DNA of 64,000 nt from Alphaproteobacteria bacterium (GTDB taxonomy: Bacteria; Pseudomonadota; Alphaproteobacteria; UBA7887). Location: contig CBDCGL010000011.1 in assembly GCA_965216755.1 (NCBI GenBank), forward strand, positions 3,104,001 through 3,168,000, in the 5' to 3' direction. A program made the translations under genes and the position numbers. This document shows, one piece after another, positions 8,739-19,352 of this stretch (positions are counted from its first letter, which is position 1; every line of letters begins with the position of its first letter). Below the pieces are notes generated by a model. That model was not told where the DNA came from. It saw only the letters and a program-made list of their open reading frames with translations, and ran no database searches.

Positions 8739-9914
8739 ATGACCGATGCCGCTCCCGCGCGCTTGACGCCTTTTGCCATTGATGTCCCGCAAGGGGTTTT
8801 GGACGATCTCGCGACACGCCTCGCCGCAACCCGATGGCCGACGGCACCGGACGATGCCGCCTGGCAATATGGCGCCAACACCGACTACATGAAAAAATTG
8901 GTCGCGTATTGGCGGACCGAATTCGATTGGCGGCGTACCGAGGCGGGGCTGAATCAATGGCCACATTTTCGCGCCCGAATCGATGATTTCGATATCCATG
9001 TCATCGTGCTGCGCGCCGCCGGCGCTGCGCGGTCGCCGCGCCCCCTGTTGATCACCCATGGCTGGCCAAGCTCGTGCGTTGAAATGCTGGATATCTTGGC
9101 GCCGCTGGCGGATCCGGCGCGCTTTGGCGGTGACCCGGACGACGCCTTCGATGTGATTTGTCCGACTCTGCCCGGCTTTCCTTTGTCTTCGGCGCCGCCA
9201 CGGCCGATCGGCCCGCGCGCCATTGCCGGGCTTTGGCATCGGCTGATGACCGAGGTCTTGGGCCATGATCGCTATTTTGCCCATGGCGGCGATTGGGGCA
9301 GCGTGGTCAGCGCCTGGCTGGCCTTGGATCATCCGGACGCCGTGCGCGGTATCCACTTGACCATGGCGCCGTTGGCGCCCAATCCAGCCGACGGGGCCCC
9401 CTTTGACAATGAAGAACGCGCCTGGCGCGTGCGCACCCAAAAGCGCTTGAAACGCGAGGACGCCTATCAACGCATCCAGCGCACCAAGCCGCAAACATTG
9501 GCCTTTGGTTTGAACGATTCGCCGGTCGGTTTGGCGGCATGGCTGGTGGAAAAATTCCAGGGTGCGCCGAACGCGACCGCGGAGACCGTGCCGCCTTTTC
9601 CCATGGACCGTCTGCTCACCAATATCATGCTGTATTGGACCACCAGCAGCATCAACAGCGCCAATTGGATCTATCGCGCCGCCCCCGACGAGGGCGCGCT
9701 GATCATGCCGGCCGGGCAAAAAATCGACGTGCCGTGCGTGTTTTCGCTGCCACCGCGCGACCTGTTTCCGCGGCCGCCGCCGCAGTGGATCGCGCGCGGC
9801 TACACTTGCGTGAAACGCAACGACCTGGACAGCGGCGGCCATTTTCTGGCCATGGAAATCCCCGACACGCTTGTTAGCGAGATCCGGGCGTTCGGCCGCA
9901 CCGTGGTGGACTAA
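8739..9914 (+). CDS. Epoxide hydrolase (microsomal type, EHN N-terminus, alpha/beta hydrolase)
   Basis: PFAIDVP..LDDL, FDWR, HGWP, HGGDWG nucleophile, LNDSPVGLAAWLVEKF, GGHF. Confidence 0.93.
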   Translation: MTDAAPARLTPFAIDVPQGVLDDLATRLAATRWPTAPDDAAWQYGANTDYMKKLVAYWRTEFDWRRTEAGLNQWPHFRARIDDFDIHVIVLRAAGAARSPRPLLITHGWPSSCVEMLDILAPLADPARFGGDPDDAFDVICPTLPGFPLSSAPPRPIGPRAIAGLWHRLMTEVLGHDRYFAHGGDWGSVVSAWLALDHPDAVRGIHLTMAPLAPNPADGAPFDNEERAWRVRTQKRLKREDAYQRIQRTKPQTLAFGLNDSPVGLAAWLVEKFQGAPNATAETVPPFPMDRLLTNIMLYWTTSSINSANWIYRAAPDEGALIMPAGQKIDVPCVFSLPPRDLFPRPPPQWIARGYTCVKRNDLDSGGHFLAMEIPDTLVSEIRAFGRTVVD

Positions 9915-10726
9915 GCGCTTACGTCGGCAAGAATCTTGGGCGTCGGTTCGGGCTCGTCGGCGACCTGGGCGACGCCCGGACCGAATGGCGTGAACAGATC
10001 GAGGGTCAGAATCGTTTGACTGGCCGCCTCCAACGCCAATGCGCTGCGGCCGCCGTCGATCACGATAAGGTTGCTAAACGATTCAAGCGATTTCGCCGCA
10101 GCAGCAAACGGCGATAGCAAAGGCCGCTCGGCGACGAATATGCCGCGATCGGGGTCGTCGAGGTCGACAAAGCTGCCACCCAGATCGTGCAGAGGACGTG
10201 GGTCGCCGACCAAATCGTGACTGGCGATCGCGGCGATCGAGATGCTGTGGCTGATGGAAATGCTGCGGTACGACACCGCCACCGAACCGGACTCGTTGTC
10301 GATCGCGATTTGCAGTTCGCGCACTTCAAGGGTGTAGCTGGCCTGAAAGCCGAAGCCGAAGGCGCCGTCCTCGGCCGCGACCTCGGCGATGGCTTCGTCC
10401 AATCCGCCGTCAAAGACGGCCTCGGTCAGAATTTCGGAATCCTCGGCATCAAACCCGGTAATGCGAAACAGTGCGTGCAGATCTCGACGCAAAGCGGGTA
10501 GCCGCTCTTGCAGCGCATCTGCGAATGCGTCGCGCAATTCGGCCATCAGTCGATCAGGTGACAAATCGAACGCCGCCGGCAAGCCAGCGCGCTCGCGACC
10601 ACGCCCCCGACCATGCGAATCGGTTTGCACGTCGTGGTTCGATTGGCCCCGTTCGACAGGCTTGGCAACCGTTTCGACGGGCGTTACCGGCTGTAGCGGT
10701 GAGAGGCCAAAGGTCATGTCAACCAT
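9911..10726 (-). CDS. Acidic hypothetical protein
   Basis: Long ORF with an AGGAG RBS before ATG 10726 (open to 10804). No family recognised. Confidence 0.7.
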   Translation of the reverse strand: MVDMTFGLSPLQPVTPVETVAKPVERGQSNHDVQTDSHGRGRGRERAGLPAAFDLSPDRLMAELRDAFADALQERLPALRRDLHALFRITGFDAEDSEILTEAVFDGGLDEAIAEVAAEDGAFGFGFQASYTLEVRELQIAIDNESGSVAVSYRSISISHSISIAAIASHDLVGDPRPLHDLGGSFVDLDDPDRGIFVAERPLLSPFAAAAKSLESFSNLIVIDGGRSALALEAASQTILTLDLFTPFGPGVAQVADEPEPTPKILADVSA

Positions 10727-10839
10727 CACGCACTCCTGGAGCGTGGTGAACGTTTCCGGCGCGCCCCCAAACGCCGCTTCGGGCATACTGCCTTCCAACG
10801 ACATATGGTTGGGGCCGTCCCAGGCAAGGGAGAACGCAA

Positions 10840-11610
10840 ATGAACGACAAGAACTTCGACCTGACCGGCAAAGTCGCCTTGTTGACCGGCGGTAATGGCG
10901 GCATCGGCCTCGGCATGGCTCAAGCCCTGGCCGCGGCCGGCGCCGATGTCTGCATTTGGGGCACTAACGCCGATAAGAACGCCGCTGCCCAACAAAACTT
11001 GGCCACATATGGCGGCCGTGTTCAAGCCTTTCTGTGCGACGTCGGCGACGAAGCGGCGGTTGATCAGGCCTTTGCTGACACAGTGGCGCATTTTGGTCGG
11101 GTCGACGCCTGCTTTGCCAATGCCGGCGTCGCCGGCCGGGCGCCGTCGTTCCTGGAAATGACAACCGACGAATGGCGCCGCGTGATGCGGGTGAATTTGG
11201 ACGGCGCGTTTTTTACTTTACGGGCCGCCACGCGCCATATGGTCGGTCGACCCGGCGGCGGATCTCTGGTCGTCACCTCGAGCCTGGCCGCGATCGAGGG
11301 CCAGGCGCGTGGCCAGCACTACGCTGCCACAAAGGGCGGGGTCATCGCGATGATGCGCGCGCTGGCAGTGGAAATGGCGCGCCACAAAGTGCGCGCGAAT
11401 GCGATACTACCGGGCTGGATCATGACCGACATGACCGAGGATTGGCTCAATCGCGACACGGTCACCCAGCATTTATTACGCCGGGTGCCGTTGCGCCGCT
11501 GGGGCACACCATCTGATTTCGGCGGTATCGCCGTGTATCTGACCAGCGATGCCAGCAGCTATCATTCCGGCGACACATTTGTGATTGATGGCGCCTATGC
11601 GCTTTTTTGA
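10840..11610 (+). CDS. Short-chain dehydrogenase/reductase (SDR)
   Basis: TGGNGGIG, NAG, YAATK, PG motifs. Confidence 0.93.
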   Translation: MNDKNFDLTGKVALLTGGNGGIGLGMAQALAAAGADVCIWGTNADKNAAAQQNLATYGGRVQAFLCDVGDEAAVDQAFADTVAHFGRVDACFANAGVAGRAPSFLEMTTDEWRRVMRVNLDGAFFTLRAATRHMVGRPGGGSLVVTSSLAAIEGQARGQHYAATKGGVIAMMRALAVEMARHKVRANAILPGWIMTDMTEDWLNRDTVTQHLLRRVPLRRWGTPSDFGGIAVYLTSDASSYHSGDTFVIDGAYALF

Positions 11611-13052
11611 TTGAGGTCCGCCGGCGGCGCCGTGTCTGTCGGCGACTCGGTTGCCTCGACAACCACGACGTCAGGAGGTTCGGCTCCGGAACCGTTGCTT
11701 CCCGCCGCCGTCGCCTCGCCGGCCGCCAGCGCCGGGCGATCTTCGACAGCTATCACGGCACCCGAAAGCGACGCCGGCTGGCGCCAGTCGAGGCTGTCAA
11801 ACTGGCGGCAGTTGCCACATGTAATCGACCATGCGGCCGTCGGGGTGCCACAGTGGCGGCACACCCATGCCGGATCGGGCGGCGCACTGGCGGCGCGCAC
11901 CAACCAGGTCCGCGACAACGCGGCATCACCGGTTTCAGCCTCTTCTAGACGCGCCATCAAGCGGCATGCGCCGACCGTCAAAGTCGTCGCCTCCTGTGCG
12001 AGATGTTCACGAGCTGTGCCCCACAATTCGGCATCTATGGCGGCTTCCGCCAGTGCCAATTGCCCATCGACAGCGTCAGGCCGCGCCTTTACCAATTCGT
12101 CCAGAGCCCGCACCCGGTCCAACGGATCTTGGGCATCGACCGCGTCGACATAGACCCGCGCCAAATCCGGGTGCGCCATTTCGGCCCACCCCCTCAAAAT
12201 CCGGGCCTTGGCGCGCCGCCGGCGTCCGGCCGCTAACAATAAGCGTGCCTCCAAATCGACCGCCGGCACCAGCCCCGGTGCGGCGTCGACCGCCTTGCGC
12301 ACCAGATCCAAGGCTTCGCTGGCGCGGCCATCACGATCGGCCTGAACGGCCCGCTGATACTGCAGAGCCGCGCGACGACGGGCGCCATCGGTTGCGGTCA
12401 ACCAACCGGCGCGTACGGCGGCGTCTGTCACCTGCTCGGCTTGCAACCAATGCCCCGCCGAGATTTCCAAATCACCAAGATGTGTCAGGACCCAGCCTGT
12501 GGTCGGGCTGATCTCGAACGCGCGCCGCGCGTGCCGCAGGGCGATCGTCGTATCACCGTCGCGGATGGCCTGAACGACCAGCCCGCGCAGGCCCAAGAAC
12601 TCCGTTTCGGGATTGCCCAACATGTCCTCGAACGCCGCCCGCGCGCCGCTTTCGTCGCCATTCAGTTGGGCAGCTTGGGCGCTGAGCAGCAATGTCAGCG
12701 GTGGGTCCGACAACAGTCGCTCCGCGTCGCTGGCCGCCCGCCGGGCGCCGGCAACATCGCCGGCCGCGGCCGCCACCAGGCCACGTGTCAATGCCCGCTG
12801 ACCGCGCCGCAAACGGCGATTCGACGCCGCCGCCCGCAGCCGACCGGGACCTGCCAAGAGCCCGCTGATCAACCGCCAGATCACGGCCACAACCACTGCC
12901 ACAACCACCACGGCCACCACGAACGCCGCGGCACTTGTCTCGACGACATAGTTGCGCCAATGCACGACGACCGCGCCCGGATGATCGGCAAGCCAGGCAC
13001 CCAATGCGGCCAGCACCGCAAACACGGCGATATAGCCCAATACCCGTATCAC
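11595..13052 (-). CDS. hemY: HemY-family TPR membrane protein (alphaproteobacterial)
   Basis: WLADHPG.V N-terminus, LLLSAQAAQL.GD, FLGLRGL, TPR repeats, C-terminal PDPAWVCxxC...CxxC; last gene of the hemC-hemD-COG4223 cluster. Confidence 0.9.
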   Translation of the reverse strand: MIRVLGYIAVFAVLAALGAWLADHPGAVVVHWRNYVVETSAAAFVVAVVVVAVVVAVIWRLISGLLAGPGRLRAAASNRRLRRGQRALTRGLVAAAAGDVAGARRAASDAERLLSDPPLTLLLSAQAAQLNGDESGARAAFEDMLGNPETEFLGLRGLVVQAIRDGDTTIALRHARRAFEISPTTGWVLTHLGDLEISAGHWLQAEQVTDAAVRAGWLTATDGARRRAALQYQRAVQADRDGRASEALDLVRKAVDAAPGLVPAVDLEARLLLAAGRRRRAKARILRGWAEMAHPDLARVYVDAVDAQDPLDRVRALDELVKARPDAVDGQLALAEAAIDAELWGTAREHLAQEATTLTVGACRLMARLEEAETGDAALSRTWLVRAASAPPDPAWVCRHCGTPTAAWSITCGNCRQFDSLDWRQPASLSGAVIAVEDRPALAAGEATAAGSNGSGAEPPDVVVVEATESPTDTAPPADLNQKSA

Positions 13053-13097
13053 TGCGCTGCGTCCCTTATGTCAATGTTGACCATGTCTGTAACGGCC

Positions 13098-14408
13098 TCA
13101 ACCGAGGGCGGCGCGCGCTTGATCGATCGCTGCGCGGGCCAGAGCGCTGACCGCCTGATCGAGCGCCACGCGAGCCCGTGCATCACGCAGCCATGGGTCT
13201 TGCGCGCCAGCCACCCCCAGCCGTTCGATTTCGGCGACCGCCGCGGCCAGCGCGCCGCGGCTCATATGCGCCTCGGCCCGCGACAAAATCGCCCCGGGGC
13301 TGGCGTCGGCGTCGTCGACATTGACCCGGCGCACAGTGACCAATTGGCCGATTTCGGCGACCGCGTCATCCAACCAACCATCGCTTTCGGCGCGCGCCTT
13401 GGCGTGTGTCAGACGGCGCGACATGGTCGGAAAACGCTGTTTCAAGCCCTGCAGCGTCGGCACGCCGGTCGGCGCCCAGTCGGCAATCTGGTCGGCAATT
13501 GGCACGAGCGCGGCGTCGTCACGCGCGGCCGTGCGCACCGATGCCAAGGCCGTTTCGAAGGGCCCGGCGCCGGCCGTTGCCACGCGCAATTCACCAACCG
13601 CGACCATCATCATGGCCGCCGTCAGAATCGATTCCGCGCGCGCCGTGGGCCCAACTTCCAACGCAGCAACGCGACCCGGCAGATCGCCGAGACCGGCCAC
13701 GGCATCCGGCAACACCATCAGTGCCGCGATCTTGTCTTCCAATGCGGCCATGGCCGCCGATTGGTCATCGGCGGATTCCAATGCCGCCAGTTGTTGCTGC
13801 ACGGCGGCCAATCCTTGACGGTTCGCCAACAAACCATCGCGTATGAATTCGTAAGCAGGGCCATCGACACCCGCCTCGGATGCTGACACTTCGCCAGTGC
13901 GTTGTTCAACGTCAGCGTTGAGCGCGGCGAGGCGCGTATCGAGGGACTCGAGACGTGTGTCGACCGTCGCCAACTGTGTCGCGACTTCGGCGGCCAGAGT
14001 GTCGAGGGCCGCATCATCGATGGCCATCGCCGGCGCCGGATCCGGGCGCTCGGCCAGCGCCGCAGTCGCCGTTTCCAGCGCCTCGATACGGCGTTCGGCG
14101 GCTGCAATGCGTGGATTGATCGGTTCCACCGTCGGCCCCAATTGCGTGATCAACGCAGGTCCAAACAGGGCCGCCGCTATCGACACCACGACCAACGACA
14201 ACACCACGGCGGCGACCAACACCGCCAAGGGTCGTCCCCATTGACCACCCCGAGGCCCGCCATCGATGTCCGACGTCCTCCCGTCGTCGCCGGACGGTTG
14301 TTCATTAATCGCCGTAGCGTCCGTTGACTGATCGCCAGACAACGTCGCGCGCGACCCGTCTTCGCTGTCGTCGGCCGCTTCTGGATTGGATCGGGTGGTA
14401 TCTGACAT
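13098..14408 (-). CDS. COG4223 / mitofilin-domain protein (alphaproteobacterial Mic60 homologue)
   Basis: Disordered N-terminus, one TM helix, long coiled coil, C-terminal GPFETAL..GVPTL..L...F..ILSRAE..GALAAAVAE..WL..ARAR; lies between hemD and hemY. Confidence 0.85.
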   Translation of the reverse strand: MSDTTRSNPEAADDSEDGSRATLSGDQSTDATAINEQPSGDDGRTSDIDGGPRGGQWGRPLAVLVAAVVLSLVVVSIAAALFGPALITQLGPTVEPINPRIAAAERRIEALETATAALAERPDPAPAMAIDDAALDTLAAEVATQLATVDTRLESLDTRLAALNADVEQRTGEVSASEAGVDGPAYEFIRDGLLANRQGLAAVQQQLAALESADDQSAAMAALEDKIAALMVLPDAVAGLGDLPGRVAALEVGPTARAESILTAAMMMVAVGELRVATAGAGPFETALASVRTAARDDAALVPIADQIADWAPTGVPTLQGLKQRFPTMSRRLTHAKARAESDGWLDDAVAEIGQLVTVRRVNVDDADASPGAILSRAEAHMSRGALAAAVAEIERLGVAGAQDPWLRDARARVALDQAVSALARAAIDQARAALG

Positions 14409-14461
14409 TGCTTCAAGACCTCAAACCGCCGCGGCACAGGGCGTGCCGCGACACAAACTGA

Positions 14462-14568
14462 CTAGATCAATCCTTGTTCAAACAAGGTCGTTTGAACGAA
14501 GCCAAATTGATCAATATCAAATAGATAGAGCATATCATGCGACCGAATATGAGAGTGAAATGCTCTAG
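14462..14568. repeat. ~107-bp RIME/CIR/Bru-RS-like double-palindrome intergenic element
   Basis: CTAG at both ends. Palindrome 1: GATCAAT..GTTCAAAC / GTTTGAAC..ATTGATC. Palindrome 2: TAGAGCAT (14526-33) / ATGCTCTA (14560-67). Overlaps the hemD TAG stop. Confidence 0.6.
14507..14520. promoter_or_regulatory. FNR/FnrL/FixK box
   Basis: TTGAT-caat-ATCAA, an exact consensus match ~100 bp upstream of the COG4223 start. Confidence 0.5.
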
Positions 14569-15284
14569 CCATCGGAACGTGCGGCATCGACAAGCGCGCG
14601 CATGGCGTCGAATGTCGGCTCCGTTGTGACCGCGACCCGCCGCCAAGGGACCGCCTTCACTGATATGGCCACGGGCTCACTCAAACAAAAGGCCGCGCAG
14701 TGGGCCAATTGGTGTGCGCATTCGACAGTTTCGGCCAAGCGCACAAAAATCTTGGCGGTTCGGGCTGAAAAGAACAGCACGCCATCGATCTCGTGTTTAG
14801 CCAAGGCCGTTTGCACCTCGGTGGATAGGCTTTCGGCCTGCACGGCATGGTAAAGGACGTGCCGAATCACCTGAAAGCCGTACGCGCCGAGTTCGGCCAC
14901 CAGATCAACAGCGATATGGTCGCCGCTGACATGGACCAACGGCGCGCCCGCCGGATCGCAGCGCGCCGCCACCAACCGCACCAGATGGGCGCCGGCGCCG
15001 GCGGCGGATTCGACATCGGCAAAACCGCGATCGCGCGCCGTCTCGGCCGACGCATCGCCCACCGCAAAAATCGGTATGTCGCGCGCGGTGGTCAAATCCG
15101 CGAGCCGCGCGGCACCATAGGCGCTGGTCACCAACACCGCCTGCGCATTTGCCAATTCCGGTACCGCGACCGCGCGCGGCAGAATTCGGAGCATCGGTTC
15201 GATCAACACGTCGATGCCGATCCGCTCGAATTCCCGCGCCGACGCCAAGGACTGTTCTCTTGGCCGAGTCAATAGCACGCGCAT
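14565..15284 (-). CDS. hemD: Uroporphyrinogen-III synthase
   Basis: MRVLLTRP, VTSA, FAVGDASA, FFSARTA; follows hemC. Confidence 0.93.
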   Translation of the reverse strand: MRVLLTRPREQSLASAREFERIGIDVLIEPMLRILPRAVAVPELANAQAVLVTSAYGAARLADLTTARDIPIFAVGDASAETARDRGFADVESAAGAGAHLVRLVAARCDPAGAPLVHVSGDHIAVDLVAELGAYGFQVIRHVLYHAVQAESLSTEVQTALAKHEIDGVLFFSARTAKIFVRLAETVECAHQLAHCAAFCLSEPVAISVKAVPWRRVAVTTEPTFDAMRALVDAARSDG

Positions 15285-15287
15285 GGC

Positions 15288-16232
15288 TCACTGCGCCTGC
15301 AAGAAATCGGGGCCCGCACGATCCAACAAATGCTCGGCCAGGGCCGTGCCAATCAGCGTCGCGTCCGCCGACCGGCCATGGCTCGTGTCTTCGTGCACCA
15401 CACGGCCATCGGGCGCGGCGATCAAACCGCGCAGGTTAAGACCACCGCTGCCATCGACGACCGCCAGGCCGGCGATCGGCGTGCGACACGATCCGTCAAG
15501 CCGCGCCAGAAAGGCACGCTCAGTAGCCACACAGGTCGCGGTGGCCGGATCGTTCAGTTGTGCCAAAAGATCGCGTAACTGATGGTCACGCGCGCGGCAC
15601 TCAATGCCGATGGCGCCCTGAGCGATCGCCGGCAAGATTTGACTGGGCTCGAGAACCGCGGTGGCGGCGTTGGCCTGACCCAAGCGACGCAAACCGGCGT
15701 GCGCCAACAAAGTGGCATCGACGACACCGGAACGAACCTTTTCCATGCGCGTGCCGACATTGCCGCGTAGCGGCGTGATGGTCAGATCCGGCCGCCGCCA
15801 AAGCAATTGTGCGGCGCGACGCAAAGATGACGTGCCGACCACCGCGCCCGGCGCCAGCGACGCCAAACCGCCCGAACCGCCCGAACCGCGCCCGATTAGC
15901 GCATCGCGCGGATCCTCGCGCGCCAACATGCAGTCGATGACCAATCCATCAGGCAACCAGGTCGGCACGTCTTTCATCGAATGCACCGCCAGATCAATGC
16001 GATTTTCCAGCAGGGCATCGTCAATTTCCTTGGTGAACAGCCCTTTGCCGCCGATCTCCGCCAAAGGGCGATCGACGAAGCGGTCGCCGCTGGTGCGAAT
16101 CACGACGATTTCCACGCCGCCCGCCCCGCCCAGATCCGGATTGGCGGCAATCAGACGCCGACGCACTTCATCGGCCTGAACGCGCGCCAAGGGGCTGCCG
16201 CGTGTCCCGATTCGAATTTGTCCCAAAGTCAT
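15288..16232 (-). CDS. hemC: Hydroxymethylbilane synthase
   Basis: [40 protein letters not shown]. Confidence 0.97.
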   Translation of the reverse strand: MTLGQIRIGTRGSPLARVQADEVRRRLIAANPDLGGAGGVEIVVIRTSGDRFVDRPLAEIGGKGLFTKEIDDALLENRIDLAVHSMKDVPTWLPDGLVIDCMLAREDPRDALIGRGSGGSGGLASLAPGAVVGTSSLRRAAQLLWRRPDLTITPLRGNVGTRMEKVRSGVVDATLLAHAGLRRLGQANAATAVLEPSQILPAIAQGAIGIECRARDHQLRDLLAQLNDPATATCVATERAFLARLDGSCRTPIAGLAVVDGSGGLNLRGLIAAPDGRVVHEDTSHGRSADATLIGTALAEHLLDRAGPDFLQAQ

Positions 16233-16387
16233 GCGTCGCTCGCCCCACCGAACACGTGACAGGGGCCAATGGCGCGCGATCAGCCAACCGCGTACACTCG
16301 CCGCAACCGGTCGCCATCGCCGGCGAACGCCATGGAGTCACGAAAGATGCGCATGTATATCACCAAATCGGTCGGCGGCATTCGCCA

Positions 16388-17443
16388 ATGATGGTCCTAG
16401 GAATTGAGTCCAGCTGCGATGAAACCGCTGCCGCACTGGTCGATGGCCAACGTCGCATTGTCGCCAACATCGTGCGCGCGCAGCTTGATGATCACCGCCC
16501 CTTTGGCGGTGTCGTGCCGGAAGTGGCGGCACGCGCCCACGTGCTGTGTCTGGACCACCTGATTCGCCAGGCGATGGAGCTGGGCCAGATCGATTTCAAC
16601 GATTTGGACGCGGTCGCGGCAACCGCCGGGCCCGGACTGATCGGCGGCCTGATGGTCGGTTTGACAACCGCCAAAGCAATCGCCGCCGTCCATGATCTGC
16701 CGCTGATCGCCGTGAATCATCTAGAGGCGCACGCCCTGACGCCGCGGTTGACCGACGATTTGGCGTTCCCCTACTTGCTGCTTTTGATGTCGGGCGGCCA
16801 TTGCCAGCTGCTGATCATCGAATCGGTGGGGCAATATCGGCGCTTGGGGACCACGATCGACGACGCGGTCGGGGAAGCCTTTGACAAGGCGGCGCGGATG
16901 ATGGGCTTGGGTTATCCGGGCGGACCCGCGATCGAGCAGGCGGCCGCCGATGGTGATCCCGACCGGTTTCGCTTGCCGCGGCCCTTGCACGGCCGGCCGG
17001 GATGCGATTTTTCGTTTTCCGGCCTCAAGACCGCATTGCGCCAGCAGATCGCGGCACTGAACGGGGATCAGCCGCAGCCGAATGACATCGCCGACCTGTG
17101 CGCGAGTTTTCAAGCGACCGTCGCCGATGTCTTGATCGATCGTTTGCGCCACGCCGTGGCGGTGTTTCACGCCCACCACGGCGCCGGCGGCGCGCTGGTC
17201 ATCGCCGGCGGTGTCGCCGCCAACAGCTATTTGCGCGCACGCTTGGCGGACGCCGCTGAGGCGTTGGCCATGCACCTGGTGGCGCCGCCGGTGGCACTCT
17301 GTACCGACAACGCGGCCATGGTCGCCTGGGCGGGTCTGGAGCGGTGGCGCCATGGCTTAAACGACGGCTTGGATTTCCCGGCCCGCGCCCGCTGGCCCTT
17401 GGACCCGACCGCGGTCGGAATCGGCGGCGGCGTCAGGGCATGA
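16388..17443 (+). CDS. tsaD: tRNA N6-threonylcarbamoyladenosine transferase TsaD
   Basis: [47 protein letters not shown]. Confidence 0.96.
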   Translation: MMVLGIESSCDETAAALVDGQRRIVANIVRAQLDDHRPFGGVVPEVAARAHVLCLDHLIRQAMELGQIDFNDLDAVAATAGPGLIGGLMVGLTTAKAIAAVHDLPLIAVNHLEAHALTPRLTDDLAFPYLLLLMSGGHCQLLIIESVGQYRRLGTTIDDAVGEAFDKAARMMGLGYPGGPAIEQAAADGDPDRFRLPRPLHGRPGCDFSFSGLKTALRQQIAALNGDQPQPNDIADLCASFQATVADVLIDRLRHAVAVFHAHHGAGGALVIAGGVAANSYLRARLADAAEALAMHLVAPPVALCTDNAAMVAWAGLERWRHGLNDGLDFPARARWPLDPTAVGIGGGVRA

Positions 17444-18456
17444 TGGCAGGACCAACCGCACCGCGATATGGCCGCGTCGGCATTGTTGGGGCGGGTGCCT
17501 GGGGCACGGCGCTGGCCATGGTGGCGGCGAAGAACGGCTGTCAGGTCACATTGTGGGGCCGCGATCCAGCGCTCGCCGCGGCGATCAACCAACAGCGTCG
17601 CAACCCACGATATCTAAGCGATGCGCGGTTGCCGACCACCATCGACGCCGTGAGCGATCTCGCGGCCGTTGGCGCCTGCGACGCGCTTTTGCTGGTGGTG
17701 CCGGCACAGGCCGTCCGCGCGACCTGCCAGACGCTTCGACCGGCCGTCACCAACGGTGTTTCGATCACGGTTTGCGCAAAGGGCATCGAGCGCGGCAGCG
17801 GCGCCTTGATCAACGAAGTTGTCGCCGATGTCGCACCAAACCATCCCATCGCGGTTCTGTCCGGACCAACCTTTGCGACCGAAGTTGCGCGAGGCCTGCC
17901 AACGGCGGTGACTCTGGCCTGCGCCGATCCCGATATCGGTGCGCGATGGGTGGCGACGCTGGGTTTGCCCACATTTCGTCCTTACTACACCGCCGATGTG
18001 GTCGGCACGGCGTTGGCCGGTGCGGTCAAGAATGTACTGGCCATCGCCTGCGGGATCGCCATCGGTCGCGCACTCGGCGACAATGCGCGGGCGGCGCTGA
18101 TCACGCGCGGGCTGGCGGAAATGGCCCGCTTGAACGAGGCGCTCGGCGGCGATCGCGAAACCATGATGGGATTGGCCGGCCTGGGTGACTTGGTGTTGAC
18201 CAGCTCCAGCCGGCAATCGCGCAATTTCGCCTATGGTCTTGCGGTGGGCGAGCGCGGCAAAGCGGACGACCCGGCCGGCGGGCCATTGGTTGAAGGCAGG
18301 GCAACCGCGGTATCGGTGAACGAACGGGCCCGTCAGGCCCGCGTCGACATGCCGATCTGCAGCGCGGTCAAGGCCATCGTGCACGATGGCGCACCGGTCG
18401 ATGACACCATCGCCGCCCTGTTGGCGCGACCGTTCCGCGCCGAAGCGGCCGATTAA
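17440..18456 (+). CDS. gpsA: NAD(P)H-dependent glycerol-3-phosphate dehydrogenase
   Basis: [41 protein letters not shown]. Confidence 0.95.
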   Translation: MMAGPTAPRYGRVGIVGAGAWGTALAMVAAKNGCQVTLWGRDPALAAAINQQRRNPRYLSDARLPTTIDAVSDLAAVGACDALLLVVPAQAVRATCQTLRPAVTNGVSITVCAKGIERGSGALINEVVADVAPNHPIAVLSGPTFATEVARGLPTAVTLACADPDIGARWVATLGLPTFRPYYTADVVGTALAGAVKNVLAIACGIAIGRALGDNARAALITRGLAEMARLNEALGGDRETMMGLAGLGDLVLTSSSRQSRNFAYGLAVGERGKADDPAGGPLVEGRATAVSVNERARQARVDMPICSAVKAIVHDGAPVDDTIAALLARPFRAEAAD

Positions 18457-18462
18457 CCTCGG

Positions 18463-19305
18463 CTAGTCCCGCAACAGGTCGTTGATCGAGGTCTTGCTGC
18501 GGGTCTGTTCATCGACCTGTTTGACAATCACCGCGCAATAGAGTGACGGCCCGGGCGTGCCGTCGGCCATCGGCTTGCCTGCCAGGCTGCCCGGCACAAC
18601 GACCGAATAGGCCGGCACCCGACCATATTGAATCTGCCCCGTGGCCCGATCGACGATCTTGGTCGAGGCGCCCAAATACACGCCCATCGCCAGCACCGCG
18701 CCGGTTTCGACGATGACACCTTCGGCGACCTCGCTGCGGGCGCCGATAAAGCAGTTGTCCTCAACAATCACGGGGCCCGCCTGTAGCGGTTCCAAGACAC
18801 CGCCGATACCGGCCCCGCCCGATATGTGGCAATTGGCGCCGATCTGGGCGCACGAGCCGACCGTGGCCCAGGTGTCGACCATCGTTCCCGCACCGATATG
18901 GGCGCCCAAATTGACAAAACTGGGCATCAGCACCGCCCCCGGCGCGACAAAAGCCGAGCGACGCACGATCGCCCCCGGGACGGCCCGAAATCCGGCTTCG
19001 GCAAATTCGACCGCATCCCAACCGGCAAATTTGGATGGTACCTTGTCGTACCAATGGGCGCCGCCCGGCGCGCCGGCAATCGGAATCATGTCTTGTAGGC
19101 GGAACGACAGCAGCACCGCCTTTTTCAACCATTGATGCACCGTCCAGTTTCCATCGCGCTTCTCGGCGACACGAAATGTTCCCTGGTCGAGACCATCCAG
19201 GGCGGCATCGACCGCGTCGCGCGCGGCACCCGTTGTTTCGGGGCCGATTTGGTCGCGGTCTTGCCACGCAGCTTCGATCGCGGCTTCGATATCAGCACGG
19301 TCCAT
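18463..19305 (-). CDS. dapD: Tetrahydrodipicolinate N-succinyltransferase
   Basis: [54 protein letters not shown]. Confidence 0.97.
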   Translation of the reverse strand: MDRADIEAAIEAAWQDRDQIGPETTGAARDAVDAALDGLDQGTFRVAEKRDGNWTVHQWLKKAVLLSFRLQDMIPIAGAPGGAHWYDKVPSKFAGWDAVEFAEAGFRAVPGAIVRRSAFVAPGAVLMPSFVNLGAHIGAGTMVDTWATVGSCAQIGANCHISGGAGIGGVLEPLQAGPVIVEDNCFIGARSEVAEGVIVETGAVLAMGVYLGASTKIVDRATGQIQYGRVPAYSVVVPGSLAGKPMADGTPGPSLYCAVIVKQVDEQTRSKTSINDLLRD

Positions 19306-19352
19306 GATCCACACTCTATTGCTTGGGCGCCAAGGCGCGCCGATCGGGCCCG

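Noticed and set aside
12441-13886. Long antisense ORFs (e.g. 12441-13886, 42455-43612, 45131-46339, 51595-52818, 59477-60775)
   Set aside because: These are shadow ORFs opposite well-supported genes, as expected in high-GC DNA, and contain no recognisable motifs.
15866-15890. 9-bp repeat (CCGCCCGAA) in hemC
   Set aside because: It encodes a short GSGGSGG loop in a variable region and is trivial.
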